Assembly: GCA_977030845.1 (NCBI GenBank)
Contig: OZ365113.1
Span: 37,014,001-37,078,000, forward strand
Reading direction: 5' to 3'
DNA: 64,000 nt
DNA from: Fimbriosthenelais zetlandica
Taxonomy: Eukaryota
Shown in pieces: positions 1 through 13,829 of this stretch (the stretch's first letter is position 1; each line of letters opens with the position of its first letter). The notes beneath the pieces are model-generated. The model did no database searches, was not told the origin of the DNA, and saw nothing but the letters and a program-made list of their open reading frames with translations. Position numbers and translations under genes: made by a program.

Positions 1-1337
1 AAATGCTGCAAGCGAATTTATTGAGAAGCCCCTCTAAATATCCCTATGTTGATGTGCTTTTCTTGATTAAAAATATTCATATATTTAAAACTGACAACTC
101 AATAAATGTTTGCTAAATCAAAATGCATAGATATACGAATGTTTCCTTTCAAGTAGAGATGTTTTTTCACTTTAGTCCATATTAAAACCATGTTGCAGCT
201 ACCATTAAGCTAGAAGCTTCAAAGCAATATATTATGCAGAGTTCAGTCCCAAACGTAGAGGGCCATTGTACAAAATGTTAACCACTTCTGTCAAAAGGCA
301 GGTCCCCCAAAGATTAATAGAGTCATGAATATTAACTCTAGAACCTTGTCGTTACTTCCTACCTTTATAGATCAACATCTTCCCATGGGAATATATCACA
401 ACAATGACCTCGTCACATTATTCTCTCTGTACCGAATATCAAACAGAACTGTAGTGTCCTCTTAACATGAAATAGAGCCTAGATTTAACAGATCTATTGT
501 CGTCTTTAGAATCGTATCACAGACAAATCATAAGGTACCTTGACTGATATTATTAAGTTGTAGAAATCATATGAACCATAATATTCTTTGCAGTTATATT
601 GAACCGACGATTATAGGTTTGAAAATGCTCAATTTTCACATTTGAATTCTAAAGGACCTGTCTACAAATATCTAAAACAAAAAAAAGAAGTCTAAACTAG
701 ATATTGGTATTGTGTGAAAACCGGCAACAAAATAAAACATTTCTGAAATCAATTATACAGTAGATATTTTGAAAGGCAAGATTGTTATTTTTAACGTTAT
801 ATATTAGCATACATGTATATCAAATTATCTACGGAGTTATTTTGCTCTTTTTTCGAGGGTAGTGTTCTTGATCTCCTTCTATTTCCCCGTGTATCAAAGG
901 TAAAAGGAAATATCTCTCCTCGTGTGATAAGGGTCCACAGTACAACACCATGAGGGATGTTGAAGAAGTCTCATGGAAAAAAATCCAGCATATGAAAGAA
1001 GATTGTATTATCACTATATAGATAATATTTCATATGAAGACAAGAAGAGAAGTAGAGTTATGGATGTATTGTTATCTAAGGACGGGAGTGATAAGAGAGA
1101 GAGGAGTGACAGGTAGCATGGGTGATATCAGGATCACACATTGACACAGCTACTGTAGGTTCAATGTGTGCAAATCAAATACGGAATTACTTCTCTTTCT
1201 CTCAACGCTAGAAATATGTTGATATTTTCTGAATTATTGACACTGAACTCTTCCCAGGATTAGTCAATACTAATATTGACAATATTTATCCTGTTTAATT
1301 GTCCATATTTTCAGATACTTTCTGTTTCATAAATAAA

Positions 1338-1384
1338 TATTTAATAATATTATTTATTTAATTAAATAAATATATTATTAAATA
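1338..1384. repeat. A/T-only near-perfect palindrome (arms about 23 bp)
   Basis: tatttaataatattatttatttaa|ttaaataaatatattattaaata, with one indel. Confidence 0.8.
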
Positions 1385-3786
1385 AATATCTTTTAGCTTC
1401 CTTGAGGGCATGCCATATAGTCAGTTTTTGCTTAAAAATATCAAAGCAGAAACACAGGCCTTAATTATAGCTGGTTCCAAAGACTGCCAACAATAATAGG
1501 TAGTGAAAATAAAGATTAATATTTACACACAAACCTGTGTCAAGACTATCACTCCTTGAGTCCAATCCATTGTCAAATGTATTATGGTGAAATAGTAAAA
1601 CCTCTCTGGGTTTATCTGGGGGTTGGGTATGGGGGTACTCTAGGTGCCCCAGCTCACCTCCACCCCACCCTCTCCGTAAAGCCCTGTACATTCTAACTCA
1701 TCAACCTGTCAACTTGTAAAATCTGGACTTTTTTTATCAGTTATATATACAAAGGCCACTAGCGCCACCGTATGGTTATTGTTATCACTATAAATTAGTG
1801 ACAGATCGGATGTATGACAAGGGACATGCCTCATGATCACGCTTTTCGTACACTCAAGTGTTTTTTCCACCCCTTGGCTTAAAGATTGACCCAAGGTATC
1901 ACTTGTAAAGTCCTTGTTTCTAATAATGAAATGTATGTTAAAGAATTCAGCCAGTGGAACCAAGGAGTATAGAAAGAAACTCATTGGTGGAACCAACGAA
2001 TATAGAGTATTGGTGGAACCAATGCAACAGAGGATATGGTACTTATAGAATATTCAATCAGTTTCAATAAGTATATAACATATGCAACAAGTTAGTATCG
2101 TATGGGATAAATCCTATGCATATTCAATCAGTATTGAATATTGGATCTAAGATCAATGTTAATATTGATTGTGAATTTTGGATGAATCATTAACTGGGTA
2201 GGTTATGAGGTAGGTTTGTGAGTTACCTGCGGCTTGTATAGGCTCAGCCTCGGCTTGTATAGGCTTAGCCTCGCTAACAGCTGGTGACTGGAAGCTGGTC
2301 TCACTCTCATCCTTACAGTGACTTCTTACCTCCAACTTCTGAGTTACAATCTTCTTCAACCGAGCCAACCCCAAACTCAACATCCAAAAGTGTTTTTCTT
2401 CTCAAAATATTATCAAAGGAAAGACATCATGGGATGCTATAGAATCACTCCAGTGATTGTCAAATCTCTATGGTGATTGTCAAATACTCTATCATCAAAA
2501 TCACTCCATGGTGATGTCAAAATCACTATGGTAACTGGTATTATTATGATAGTCCGGAACAGTTCACTCCATGTGCTGGGCAACAAACAATCCCAGGTCC
2601 ATGTGGTTAGACCAAACTACTACAGGAAGAACTGTAACAAGAATTAGATTCCTTGCTAGAGATAATAGCCTTTCAGCGAGATATGCGTGGGGTTATGTAA
2701 TCCAATAGTAGCCCAGTTTCCATGAATAATTCCCAGAAATGAACCGTGGAAAGTGATGCACTTCCAACTGGAGTTTAGCTTGTGTGCTTTACCTAGAGCT
2801 TGTGGTAAGTGGGGAGAGATGGGGAGAGATGGGGGAGACGGGAGGGGTGAGAGGTGGTGGCCATTTACTGGAGATGGGGAGAGTTCGTCTACAAGCCCCA
2901 TGTGGATGGTGAAGTGAGGTGTGGGTTGAGAACTACTCACTACGTTTTTACATTTTTTTCTCACTGACGACTCTAAATGTCCTACTATTATACCTGTACA
3001 GGATTAATACCTCAGTTAGGCCTTCAGAAAATCCTAAAATAAATGTTAAAATGTGTACAACTGAATTTTAATTAGTTAAAATTGGTAAAATGCATCAGGC
3101 TATGTTCAGAAGTTATCTTGCTTTCCTGAAGGAATACCACAACTTTGCTCAATGAATAACACTTGTGACGTTACACATTTTGGTTTTAATTTTAATATTA
3201 AACATTTTGAATGTAAACATGTTGTATATTAAACATTTAAATTGTGAATGGCCAACACTTTCCAGACACCTTTTGATTAGAACGTGACCAGCTCAAAGAA
3301 AGCCTGGGGCCATGAATCAAAGATGACTTTTAGTTTATAGATATTGGGGTGGCTAATGGGAGCCTGATGTTCGCGCAGTGAGTGGAAGCAGCGGGGATGT
3401 CTAATCTCTGCCCACTAGGGTATGTAGGGGTGGATCAGGGAGCGGAAAAAAATGTTTACAGTTATTGGAAGAGGGATGGGACTGGTACACGTGGACGGGA
3501 TGAAGCATTGAGGTGTGGGCGGGGGGGGGGGGGGGTAGAGAGGGTGCGTGCTTCAATGGTTGAATGGTGGGTGAATGAGTGAGGGAAGGATGGAGAAAGC
3601 AATCAAGGGAACAGAACAGGAGAAAGGTGGGAGGAAGTGATAGGGAGAGGGAGAGAGAATGGAGGGAGAAGGGCCATGGAGTGGAAAGTTGGGACAGGAA
3701 CGAAGGGACATATGACAAGGAAATCTTTTCCTTTGTTTTGTTTTATGAAATGATGAATATGAGGAATATCGAATCCCTCACTCAAA

Positions 3787-3947
3787 AGCCAGGCCTCCAC
3801 TGCTGTGATTATGCTTATGATAGTCTCCCAGTGAAAAATCTACCAGCAGAGGAAAGGCTTCGACACTTCGACCACACTGCATTAATTTCATCATCACTTT
3901 CGTTGCAGTAGTGTCGCAAGCAAAATCGCAGCAGTGGAGTCCCAGCT
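3787..3947. mobile_element. MITE family A (Harbinger/Tourist-like), shortened copy
   Basis: TIRs agccaggcctccactgctg / cagcagtggagtcccagct; TSD decayed. Confidence 0.75.
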
Positions 3948-4346
3948 TGATTGTACAGCTTGATTGTACTATACCCCAACACTTTTCATATACAGTTTCA
4001 TAAAGTGTGGACCTGTTCATATGACTTAGGCGCCAGGCACGGGATATCAAGTATAAACCTGTGATACTTGGCCACATTCCTGGTCTGGTAAAAGTGAGTT
4101 AGCACCGGAGTAATAGAGACTGAAGTGATTGAGACACTACACAGAAATGGGTGTGAGTGGGAGGGGCCGGGAAACATGTATACACAGTGGATCCATAAGC
4201 TCCCCATCCTGTCTAATCTTATCACCCACAGACCTACCTTTACCCTGCTAGCACCACTGATAAGGTTCATTGTAAAGCTATGCTCACCCCATCTGTCTTA
4301 GCCAGGTAAAAGACCCCATTCCTGAATACCCAAGAGTATAAAAGAG

Positions 4347-4697
4347 CAGGGTATATAAGCCAGGGCAAATAAAATTAGGGTTCTCAGCATTTCATGGAAA
4401 TATCGTGATTTCTTTCCGGTGATTTTTGAAAATTCAAGAATGATACTCTGGACTTATTTTTCATTTTGTCGCATTTTTATTAAGACGAATATTGATGCGT
4501 AGTCAATTGAAGAAAAGAAACTTAAAATGAATTCCCCTAATTTTCCACCGATTTAAATATTTCTTTTCCTAACTCTTTCCCTAATTTCCAGGCTGGCAGG
4601 GAACCGATTTAAAGTTTTTTTTCTAAACATTTGTTGTTCAAATTCCCTAACCGGAAAAAAGGGACAACTCTTTCCCTAATTTTGGCTGGGTACCCTG
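4347..4697. mobile_element. Possible decayed hAT-type MITE
   Basis: Left end cagggta..agcca..aattaggg versus right end ccctaattttggctgggtaccctg; repeated internal ccctaa motifs; no TSD. Confidence 0.4.
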
Positions 4698-5580
4698 TAG
4701 CTATACCCACTACATACATACACCTATACCCATGTGTATAGGTGTATGTATCTAGTAGAGGCCGTCTGGTAGACAGGTGTGGCCTGGTACAAGTTGCCAG
4801 TCATCGTTAACTTTTCAACCAGCCATCAAATATTCTTTCCACAAAAAATTAACACATAACACTGGCCTTCACTGAGAGGAAATGTAGATGAATGAAAGGT
4901 CAGGATCCCAGCATTCTTAACATGAACGCGAGACACTCAGCCTCTCAAAGACCTAACCCAATAATGCTCATTTATCATACTTAATCCACTCCAAAAAATG
5001 AACTATTTTTAAGAATTTGTATCAAATCTTCCAGATTCAAATCTTCATGTGCATAGGCTTTCTACCATTGAATATCTTATTGCCATTGAACTAAGCCAAT
5101 AAATATAATTTATCATTTTTAATCCACTACCAAAAATAACTATTTTTGGATTATTATTCAAACTTAGATAGAGATATTATTCAAACTTCCACATCCAAAC
5201 CTTCATGTGTATAAGCTTTGTACCTATGAATACTCATTGCTATAGAATTAATACAGGCAGCCAGAATTTACCTCCAAACTTCATCGGACAGTATAGGTTA
5301 ATGTTGCAGTTCTGTACAGTCAATATGTATTCTTTCACCGTCGATTTCTCTCGGGTGTTTAGTGTATTGTTTTTTGTGAGTTCATGATGGGAGGTATATA
5401 AGCTACACCTACCACCTGGGTGTATGGGTAGAGCTTGGTGATATAGTATAATAGGGAGGGGAGTTAATAGAGCTATGTGATAGGTAGCAGGGCTAGATCT
5501 ACTGATACATCCTCACTGTCCAAGGTTCTTATAATGCCTGTAATGCCTGTACACCTCTACTGTACATCTGTATTGGAGAA

Positions 5581-5601
5581 GAGAAAGAGACGCAGAGAGA
5601 G

Positions 5602-5648
<47 letters not shown>
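5581..5648. repeat. (GAAA)n/(GA)n microsatellite
   Basis: Direct reading of the sequence. Confidence 0.95.
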
Positions 5649-5684
5649 TGATGAGAGGCAGAGACACGAGAGGGAGTCAGAGAG

Positions 5685-6060
5685 GGAAAGACAGAGGGGT
5701 AGCGATAATAGGGAAGATAGGTAGAGAGGGGGGAGCAGAGAGGGAAAGACAGAGGGGTAGCGATAATAGGGGAAAGACAGAGGGGTAGCGATAATAGGGG
5801 AAAGACAGAGGGGTAGCGATAATAGGGGAAAGACAGAGGGGTAGCGATAATAGGGGAAAGACAGAGGGGTAGCGATAATAGGGAAGATAGGTAGAGAGGG
5901 GGCAGAGAGGGAAAGGCAGAGGGGTAGCGATAATAGGGGAAATAGGCAGAGGGGTAGCGATAATAGGGGAAAGACAGAGTGGTAGCGATAATAGGGGAAA
6001 TACAGAGGGGTAGCGATAATAGGGGAAATACAGAGGGGTAGCGATAATAGGGGAAATAGG
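5685..6060. repeat. 28-bp minisatellite cgataataggggaaagacagaggggtag, about 11-12 units with interruptions
   Basis: Period 28 (e.g. 5761 to 5789). It accounts for the repetitive ORFs 5529-6212 and 5677-6237. Confidence 0.95.
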
Positions 6061-6789
6061 CACAGAGAGAAAGAGGTAGAAAATACAGACAGAGGGAGAG
6101 AAGATAACAAAGAGAGGCAGATCTGGCAGAATCTGATGGATAGAGATATTATAATAGAGAAATATATAGAGACATAATATCTGTGATAACATAGCAGGTA
6201 CCACCCACACACACAGCGGGATAGGGCAGGTTATCACCTGATACCACCACCATCACACTCACAATGATTAGATAACGTATAAACAGCCAATATCCCAGCT
6301 TCATGACACGCCCCCAACAACAGTGTTTTACCATGGCAATGAGCAGGTTTTACCATGGCAATGAGCAAGGTCTTTCATCTTTTCTTCTACTTTGCTTTAT
6401 TGCACTGACTTATTGGCAACATGTTTACTCCAGTTATTAACTTCTTTTTTTTCGCTTAGAAAATGGAATTGAGCAAGGCTTTCCAGAGGATTTCTGTGGC
6501 TTGATATAATCATTTCAGGGGGTCAGACTCAAAGAGCAAATGCCAAAAACCCTTCTACTAGTGTATCTACTGGTTTCAATATCTTCAAGAAAGAAAATAA
6601 AAACAGTTCAAAGATCTCAAAGGGAAAAATCAGTCAATACTGAAGTTTCCTCATTCGGTCATTCCACATGACCTACTTCTGAGAGGGGAAAGGGAAGACA
6701 GCTGCCCATCCCCTTCCCTGAACCCCACCCCCTCCCCTATCCTTCTCCTCCCCCTTCCTCCCACCCTCCCCACAACAAAGCCATATTTT

Positions 6790-7030
6790 CATCATACTCT
6801 TTTACACCTTATGTTCACAAACTAGTGACTAATCCCATACTTTGCCTCAGGGTTTTGTGACCCTCCAAACTAAGCTGGACCAGACTATAGATGCTCTTCT
6901 CCATCATCCTAACAAAGTATCTCATCTCCATCATACTCTTTGACACCTTGTGTTCACAGAATACCTACTAATCCCATACTTTGCCTCAGGGGTTTGTTGT
7001 ACCCCAAACCGAAGCAGGACCAGACTATAG
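6790..7030. repeat. Diverged tandem duplication, period about 139 bp
   Basis: catcatactctt..acacctt.tgttcaca..actaatcccatactttgcctcaggg..ggaccagactatag at 6790 and 6929. Confidence 0.85.
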
Positions 7031-7374
7031 CTGGTTTTCCCTTTAAACATTTCTGACCATTAGCTATCATTAGTGTCAATAGTAAATAGCCTGAGGTGAT
7101 AACAAGAGATAATGACAGGGAACACTTGTTGGTTTGAAAAATAATTATTAGTAAGACAGAATGTGGGGAGGTGCTATAGGTGGAGGTGGTGAAGGGTGGC
7201 AGGAACCAATGTTAAAGTTTAATTACTACAACTCTGTGAGTCTACTACTGGCCAGGTGGACTTACTATCAGTCTCACCTGTTCTCAAACAATACAAGTTT
7301 GGCAGCACTTTATTCTGAAGTTGTAGAAGCTTATGCCATGGCTGATTGATTATAAGTTGTTTGGTCTCTCTGTG

Positions 7375-7434
7375 GACCTCAGAAGAAAGGCAAAAAGAGA
7401 CCTCAGAAGAAAGGCAAAAAGAGACCTCAGAAGA
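7375..7434. repeat. 24-bp tandem repeat, 2.5 copies
   Basis: gacctcagaagaaaggcaaaaaga. Confidence 0.9.
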
Positions 7435-10400
7435 GCAGCTATCATGGCATTTATACATCTAACAGAACAGGTGATGTTCAGAGGGCAAAGGCAAGGGTAC
7501 AGCAACTTCATATACTCAACATAAATCTGGTTCTAACGGTATTTTTTTGAGCTATTTATTTTAAACATTCAATAGTAAATCCCCAGTAAAGGAGCTCTGG
7601 AATTTATATTTCAGGTATTCATTCGGAACCAACAATATAAAGGACCTACTCTCTTTTCTATTGTAGTGTGTTAATCGCTACCCTAGGCTAGCAGCCCCGG
7701 GCTAGCATTAAAAGGTTTTAGTAGCGAGGATAAAACGACTAATGTTCGCCATTATTGTGCCATAACAGAAAAACACCTGCCTTTCTCTCGCTGCATTTTG
7801 CATGCCAAGTATCCCAATTATTTCTATAACTTTAAATTGCGAATATTCATTAAAATCCACACAAAATGTAATAAGTGGTATAAGTGGTTTCTTGGTATGT
7901 AATTTACTTCATAACTATGTTTACGCTGGATTATTATGGAATGTATGGAAGTTCATTAAAAATAAATGTGTTCATGATACATTTCATGAGACCACATGCT
8001 GAGTAAATAAGTGCCTTCGGTATGATGATTTTACTATTGTTGAAGCTTTAAAGCTTTCCAAGTTAATAAAACTTCCACCACCTCCACCCCCAACAGATGT
8101 TTCTCTCAGGCTATATACCAATATGGTTTTAGCTCTTTATTTATATTGACTTCAATATCAGGGAGGAAGTTACTAAACATACAAAGTCATAATAACTTTT
8201 ACTTACAATGAGAAAGCATCCACTGTGACAGTAATCATTGCAATATAAGACACTGTTCCCCCTTCTACATAAATTAGTATCCAGACAAAAACTATTGTAT
8301 ACTCTCGATTTCCAAGCTTGAACAAGTGTCTTAGTATGGCATAGGTCCAAGGCATTCTACTATGAATTGTTGATATAGGAATACGGCTTAGCTTTGTTAC
8401 TACCTTTGTTGTCTGGTATTCAAGAAAAGTTTTATGACCTAGAAGGGTGGCAGCATTACCCGCCCCCTCACCTACTTTAGACATATGATCAATTCTATAA
8501 GGTGTCGGATAGAGAGAAAAGAAAAGACCATATCTCTGGAACACATCAAGTGAAATGGAAAAGCCTCAGTGGGCACAAGGTGATTTTAAAACCAGAAATA
8601 CCAGATGAAATACAAGTTTGATATCAATCCTGATACATGGGGAAAAGGTCATGATATCGTATATAACTGTTCCAGGAAAACCAGGTTGATTTAAACAAAA
8701 TTAAAATTGCAAGTGGATTTGTCTGAGGATTGTATTAATTATTGAAGCAGTCTGTGAGAACATGGGTTCAGTCTGGACCTATGAATGAGAGTAATCAACT
8801 TGAATTAAATGGTTTTGAAGTTGTCACGGAACGTCTGTCAAACAAGGCCATGAGATAAGTTCACTTTTCTTAATTATTAACAACAAAGACCACAACAGAT
8901 AATCAGTGAATCATCAAAAGAAAGTGAAAAATGACTCATTATTTTATATCCAGACAACGAACATGAATGTCATAGCCAAAATCATGGAATAAACAGTCTA
9001 AAAAATCAGTCAAAATAAAATGTCCAAAATCTCAGATGTCTTTATACTGAACCTGTTTTTCTAAGGAAAGTTATTCAAAATCAAAACCAGAATCAATTGC
9101 AGAGCTCTGATGTACATGAAACCATGAACATCAAATAAAGAACAGAATCATATGAAGAACCAATATAGTAAAGATCTCAATCTTGCTTCAAGTTCTTCCA
9201 CATAAAAGGACAATGGATGATGAATTAGAGCGGGAAGCAGTCAGGATGATGAGTGGATTTCTCTGAGAATATCTCCTGTCAAAGTCAATCTCTACCTTGA
9301 TTTGTGTTATGTATATATACAATATACCATGACGGATTCATGTCACAATGTCACGCTCCAAGTCTCAACCTTTAAGTTGACCTAAAACCCTCCCATACAT
9401 AAACCCAAACAAACACGATGCGCAGCGTCCCACCTATATTAAACAATAGGTAAATCTCACATTATAATAAATATACCTCACAGAGTGACTAATCCAACCT
9501 TACCTTGTGTAATTATCATGGCTAGTTTGGTAAATATATCCAAGGAGAGAGCATGCTTGAGAAAGGTGTCACATCATCGGTACAGTCCACCTGAGGTGTG
9601 TGTAGGCCTGTCTGTGATAATAGCCTCTGCCCTGTCTGTTTAAGTTTGAATTCCTATACACACCTTCCCCACACACACGCTCGCATCCCCCACTAAGGGT
9701 CAACTGATTCTTAACCCTTTCCAGGTAGATTTTCCAAACAGCAATCCATGCACTCTTAACCCTTTGAATCCTGTGGTTGTGGATGGGTCAATGTTAAGTA
9801 TAGTAATGTAGGACTGTGGGAATGTATTGTAATACACTAGGTCGGTAAATGAGTGGAGGCGTTCCCAGCTTCCTGGGGTTAACTAAATTAAAGCGGAGAA
9901 GGCAAGCTTTGTGATGCTACCGCGCGGGGGCAGCAGCAGCCACCGTCACGCTTGGGTGAACAGAGAGGCCAGTTAGCTTGGCATGTGGGGTGGAAGTTAG
10001 GGGTATCAATACCTATAAGCTAACACACGTGTGTCATGGTGGCGATGCCACGGGTAGAGGGCATCAGCAACAACATCAAAGTGGTGTAGTCATAGCTGAT
10101 AATCTTTGATATCCATAGAAATAGTCATTAGTCATTGTGTGAAATTAATATATTGACTAGATGACCTGCATTCCTGTACACATGCTGAGTTATATGGACA
10201 TCCATATGTGTGTATATGTCAACAAATATGTATTTGATATTCATATGGTATCCTCATCGTTGACACACAAACATGGATCTTTTTCTATAGCATTATATGC
10301 CTGTATATCAGATATAGTATGGTAAGCATAGATGGTCTATGTGTAGGATACGTCTTATATGCATCTATGTCACATCGCCCTGGGCGTATTCTAGTTAGTG

Positions 10401-10594
10401 TAAACAGCCACAGGGGGCTGAGAGGTAGACTAGAGCATGTAGAGAGGATGGGTAAAGTCATAATGTTCCACCATTGAGCACTTATATATACAGAGGTATT
10501 AGCAAAGCGTCTGCTTAATGCATGACACATTGTCAAGACAGGGGTAGAGGGGTGTAAATCTGCTATGTTTATAGGCTATACATTTTAAGGATTA

Positions 10595-10841
10595 AGGTGG
10601 GACTCCACTGCTGCGACAGTGTTTGCGAAACGACAGCGACAAAGGTGATACATGTGTTGCAATGAGACCAGGACCACCTTAAGGCCTTAGACATTTAAAG
10701 AAAAATTTATTAATTTTGTTGTGGAGGACCACCTTAAGGCCTTAGACACTTCAAATCAAATTTATTAATTTTGTTGCGACACAAGCATCACCTTTGTCGC
10801 AGTAGTGTCGCAAGCACTGTCGCATCATTGGAGTCCCGCCT
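10595..10841. mobile_element. MITE family A with an internal direct duplication
   Basis: TTA|aggtgggactccactgctgcga ... tcgcatcattggagtcccgcct|TTA. The internal segment ggaccaccttaaggccttagaca...tttattaattttgttg occurs twice. Confidence 0.85.
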
Positions 10842-12129
10842 TTAAGTTAGTGTACATGGTACATAGACGACCTATCATTCATTATAAGGCGCGTGCTTAT
10901 CTGTTAAAGGGTGGAGAGGTTCGTTAAGTCAGTTTTAATTAGTGGGGGTAATTAGATGTCACGTGATGATGTCACGTGATATCTCTGTATAATGTATAGA
11001 GTTCATGTTCTATCTGTAAACGTCAGTTAGTGACACACTGTACGTTCTCCCGAGATGTGGAGATCTAATAATTATAAATCTCTTAAATAAATTGCATCCA
11101 AACAAGGAGAAAATACCCTTAACACACAATTTTAGATTATATTTGGTTGAAATAGTGTTGTTCATAATTGTGAAGCAAGTATTTATTTTTTTTTTTCAAA
11201 AATTGTAATTCATTTATGCATATATGATGCCATTAGTGTAAACAATTATTCACCAAAATAAAATTCCATGAAAATAATTTGAAATATTGAATGTCAAATA
11301 TTTTCTATGAACAAAATTGTCAGACAAAACACTGTCAATAGTTCACGTAGTAAAACCACAAGGTGTTGAGAACAAAACACAAACTAAAAGTTGGCAGTTG
11401 ACACTGTCACCTCAGGCTAGACGTGCATTGTGACGCTATGACGAATTATTCTCCACATGTGATTCACTTCTCGGAAGCCTGGGCAATGGTCTGGACGAAA
11501 TATCATATCAATTAATTATTAGAAACTAATTGCAGAGCTTAACAACATAATTATGAAAAAATATTTTTTTCCTCATTAATTTTCTTTCTTCCTTTGTCTT
11601 AGCAAATGATTCAACTTGGATTAGGTTAAGTTGAAGTAAGGGTTCCATTGTTCTACAGTCACCTGCAGAGCGCTTTTTAAGCCATCAGTCGGGATTAGCT
11701 GATATTTTTGAGAATGAACTTAAGGTAAATCTTTAATTAGGGAATGTTCGCACTTCTTTCAGTGGGGAAAGCCACCCTTTGAAGATCTGAAGTGCTTTCT
11801 GTGAGGGAGGTTTTAGCAAGGTGTGATAAGACAGACAGGTAAATGACAGGTGATAAATACTTTATAAAGCCTATCAGATAAAGTCTACCTTAATTAGAAG
11901 GTGTGAAACAATGTCTATACTATAACCTATCTATATTCATTAACAATGGATCTATAGGTATAAATATCTATCCACTTTTAGGGCTGGTGAAAGTTTTTCT
12001 CTGTGCAATAACTCCAATGTTGCATGTAATGGCAAATTTTCTTTTCTCTTGCTTGTAAATTTAAAATGTTTATTTTTCTAAGATGGGCTATAATTCTCAT
12101 TGCTAGCTTAGAGTAAAATAGATACTCTA

Positions 12130-12164
12130 AGCAACGAGAGTAAATCAATTTTACTCTCGTTGCT
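12130..12164. repeat. Perfect 15-bp inverted repeat with a 5-nt loop, probably a MITE relic
   Basis: agcaacgagagtaaa-tcaat-tttactctcgttgct. A related agagtaaaat..attttactct occurs near 12980-13000. Confidence 0.75.
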
Positions 12165-12434
12165 CTAAGTTACTAGGTATCTGAAATATCAAGATGGTTT
12201 TGCATTCTCTCAGTTTAAAAATCTCTCTCTCTTGTTATTTATTCTGCATAACAAATGATTTAGTGAGATTAATGAGTTATTTTCAGTTGGTTGTGAGTGA
12301 AACCACTACAGGGAGGTTTTATGGAGACTGCCATGAGGCTGAGACTGTAACGTTTTTACTAGTACCAGAGGCAGGCAACAGATGGCACCACGGTTAGGTA
12401 CACTCCACGACTACTACAGCCTACAGGGGAGTAA

Positions 12435-12691
12435 AGCGGGGCATCCACTATCACGATAGACCACTAAGATAGCAGTTAAGATAGGTTATACAACAGAGGA
12501 AAGACCTACAATTAATGTAGCAACAATTTATCCACATAAAATATTAAATTGATTCAAATATATTCTGATTTGACACAGTTTTTCCAAGGTGTAAAAATGA
12601 AATTTTTGGCAGGATTTTATGTGTTTTCTCTATCGCATAACCTATCTTAACTGCTATGTTATTAGTCTATCCTGATAATGGGTGCATTCTT
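12435..12691. mobile_element. MITE family B (GATAG-rich TIRs)
   Basis: TAA|agcggggcatccactatcacgatagac ... gtctatcctgataatgggtgcattctt|TTA. The inverted similarity extends about 55 bp. Confidence 0.7.
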
Positions 12692-13322
12692 TTAACCTCT
12701 ATTTGCATTCAGCTCAGAATACAACTAACTTTCAACCAAGACAGCTGATCTACGCCTGCCTACTGCCAGCTGCATGTGGTGAAAGAAAACAGACAAAAAT
12801 ATTGTCTTCAAAAACATTCAAGAAATAACTGTCATAGTCTAACAGCGAGTTCCTCTTTGATGTCAGTAATAGTACACACTGAACTGAGAGGTGATGCTGC
12901 TACCCATGTAGCACATTCAAACAGCCCATCTATTTGACACCAAATAAAAAATCATCCATTCTAAATCCTTCTAAGCGTAGAGTAAAATCATTTTACTCTA
13001 AGTTCTATGCAATATTCAGGGATAAAATAGTTCAAAAGACATACATGCATTTGCGCAACTTATCAGTGTAGCTTATTTGGAGTACATGAATAATTCAAGT
13101 TATTTTGAAGCACATGTTGGCTAGTGTCTATAGCTTCTATAATAGAGCATCAGCACCACCTTCTATCCATTTCAAGCCTACACAAAAAGTAATCAAGCAA
13201 GAGAATAATCATATGAAGGCTTCATGACAGGACAGATTAGGTGACATAATAGATAGAGGCTAACGAATGTGATAGCTGGGAACCAACATTCTGCCATAAT
13301 CTTCAACTGGGATCTTTGCTTA

Positions 13323-13538
13323 AGCCGTGACTCCACTGCTGCGATTTGATTTTGCTTGCGACACTACTGCGACAAAGGTGATGCTTGTGAAGTTGTGTAA
13401 GAAATAAATTTATAAACTGTGGTTCAAGTGTCCAAGGCCTTAAGGCCGTCCTCCAATGGTAACTTTATCATTGAAACACAAGCATCACCTTTGTCATAGA
13501 CGTGTCGCAAACAAAATCGCAGCAGTGGAGTCCCGGCT
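13323..13538. mobile_element. MITE family A, full length
   Basis: TTA|agccgtgactccactgctgcgattt ... aaatcgcagcagtggagtcccggct|TTA. Long (~60 bp) imperfect TIRs and a 3-bp TTA TSD. Confidence 0.9.
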
Positions 13539-13829
13539 TTATTCGGAACCAAAAGCCATGAATACTTGACTAATGCAGACGATATCAATGTCACATTGGG
13601 TCCTTGATAGATTGCTATTTCAACAGACTACGAATTTGACTCAAACAAAGTAAAATTGAGGAACCTGACAATGAATATGGAGCAGTTAATCAATTGACAC
13701 TGTACCTCCGTTTTTCATTTCATTATGAGGGACCTTCATATTCTTGTCATTTTTCAGTCCGGAAATTGCATCACATGCTCGAGCAGCATGAGCGAGGCAC
13801 GTGTGTGAAGAGGTGGGCGTACAGATTTA

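Noticed and set aside
2330-2420. Strong minus-strand donor GAG|gtaaga with a short acidic open frame
   Set aside because: No phase-compatible acceptor or start codon before an upstream stop.
3382-3911. Cluster of ORFs on both strands
   Set aside because: Purine-skewed low-complexity DNA plus a MITE; no coherent protein or splice structure.
5477-6237. Long ORFs (227, 186 and 103 aa)
   Set aside because: They are translations of the 28-bp minisatellite and the GAAA microsatellite.
8203-8544. YPTPYRIDH resembling the WW2 motif YG.YYIDH
   Set aside because: No LPxGWE or TQYENP and no fitting splice sites.
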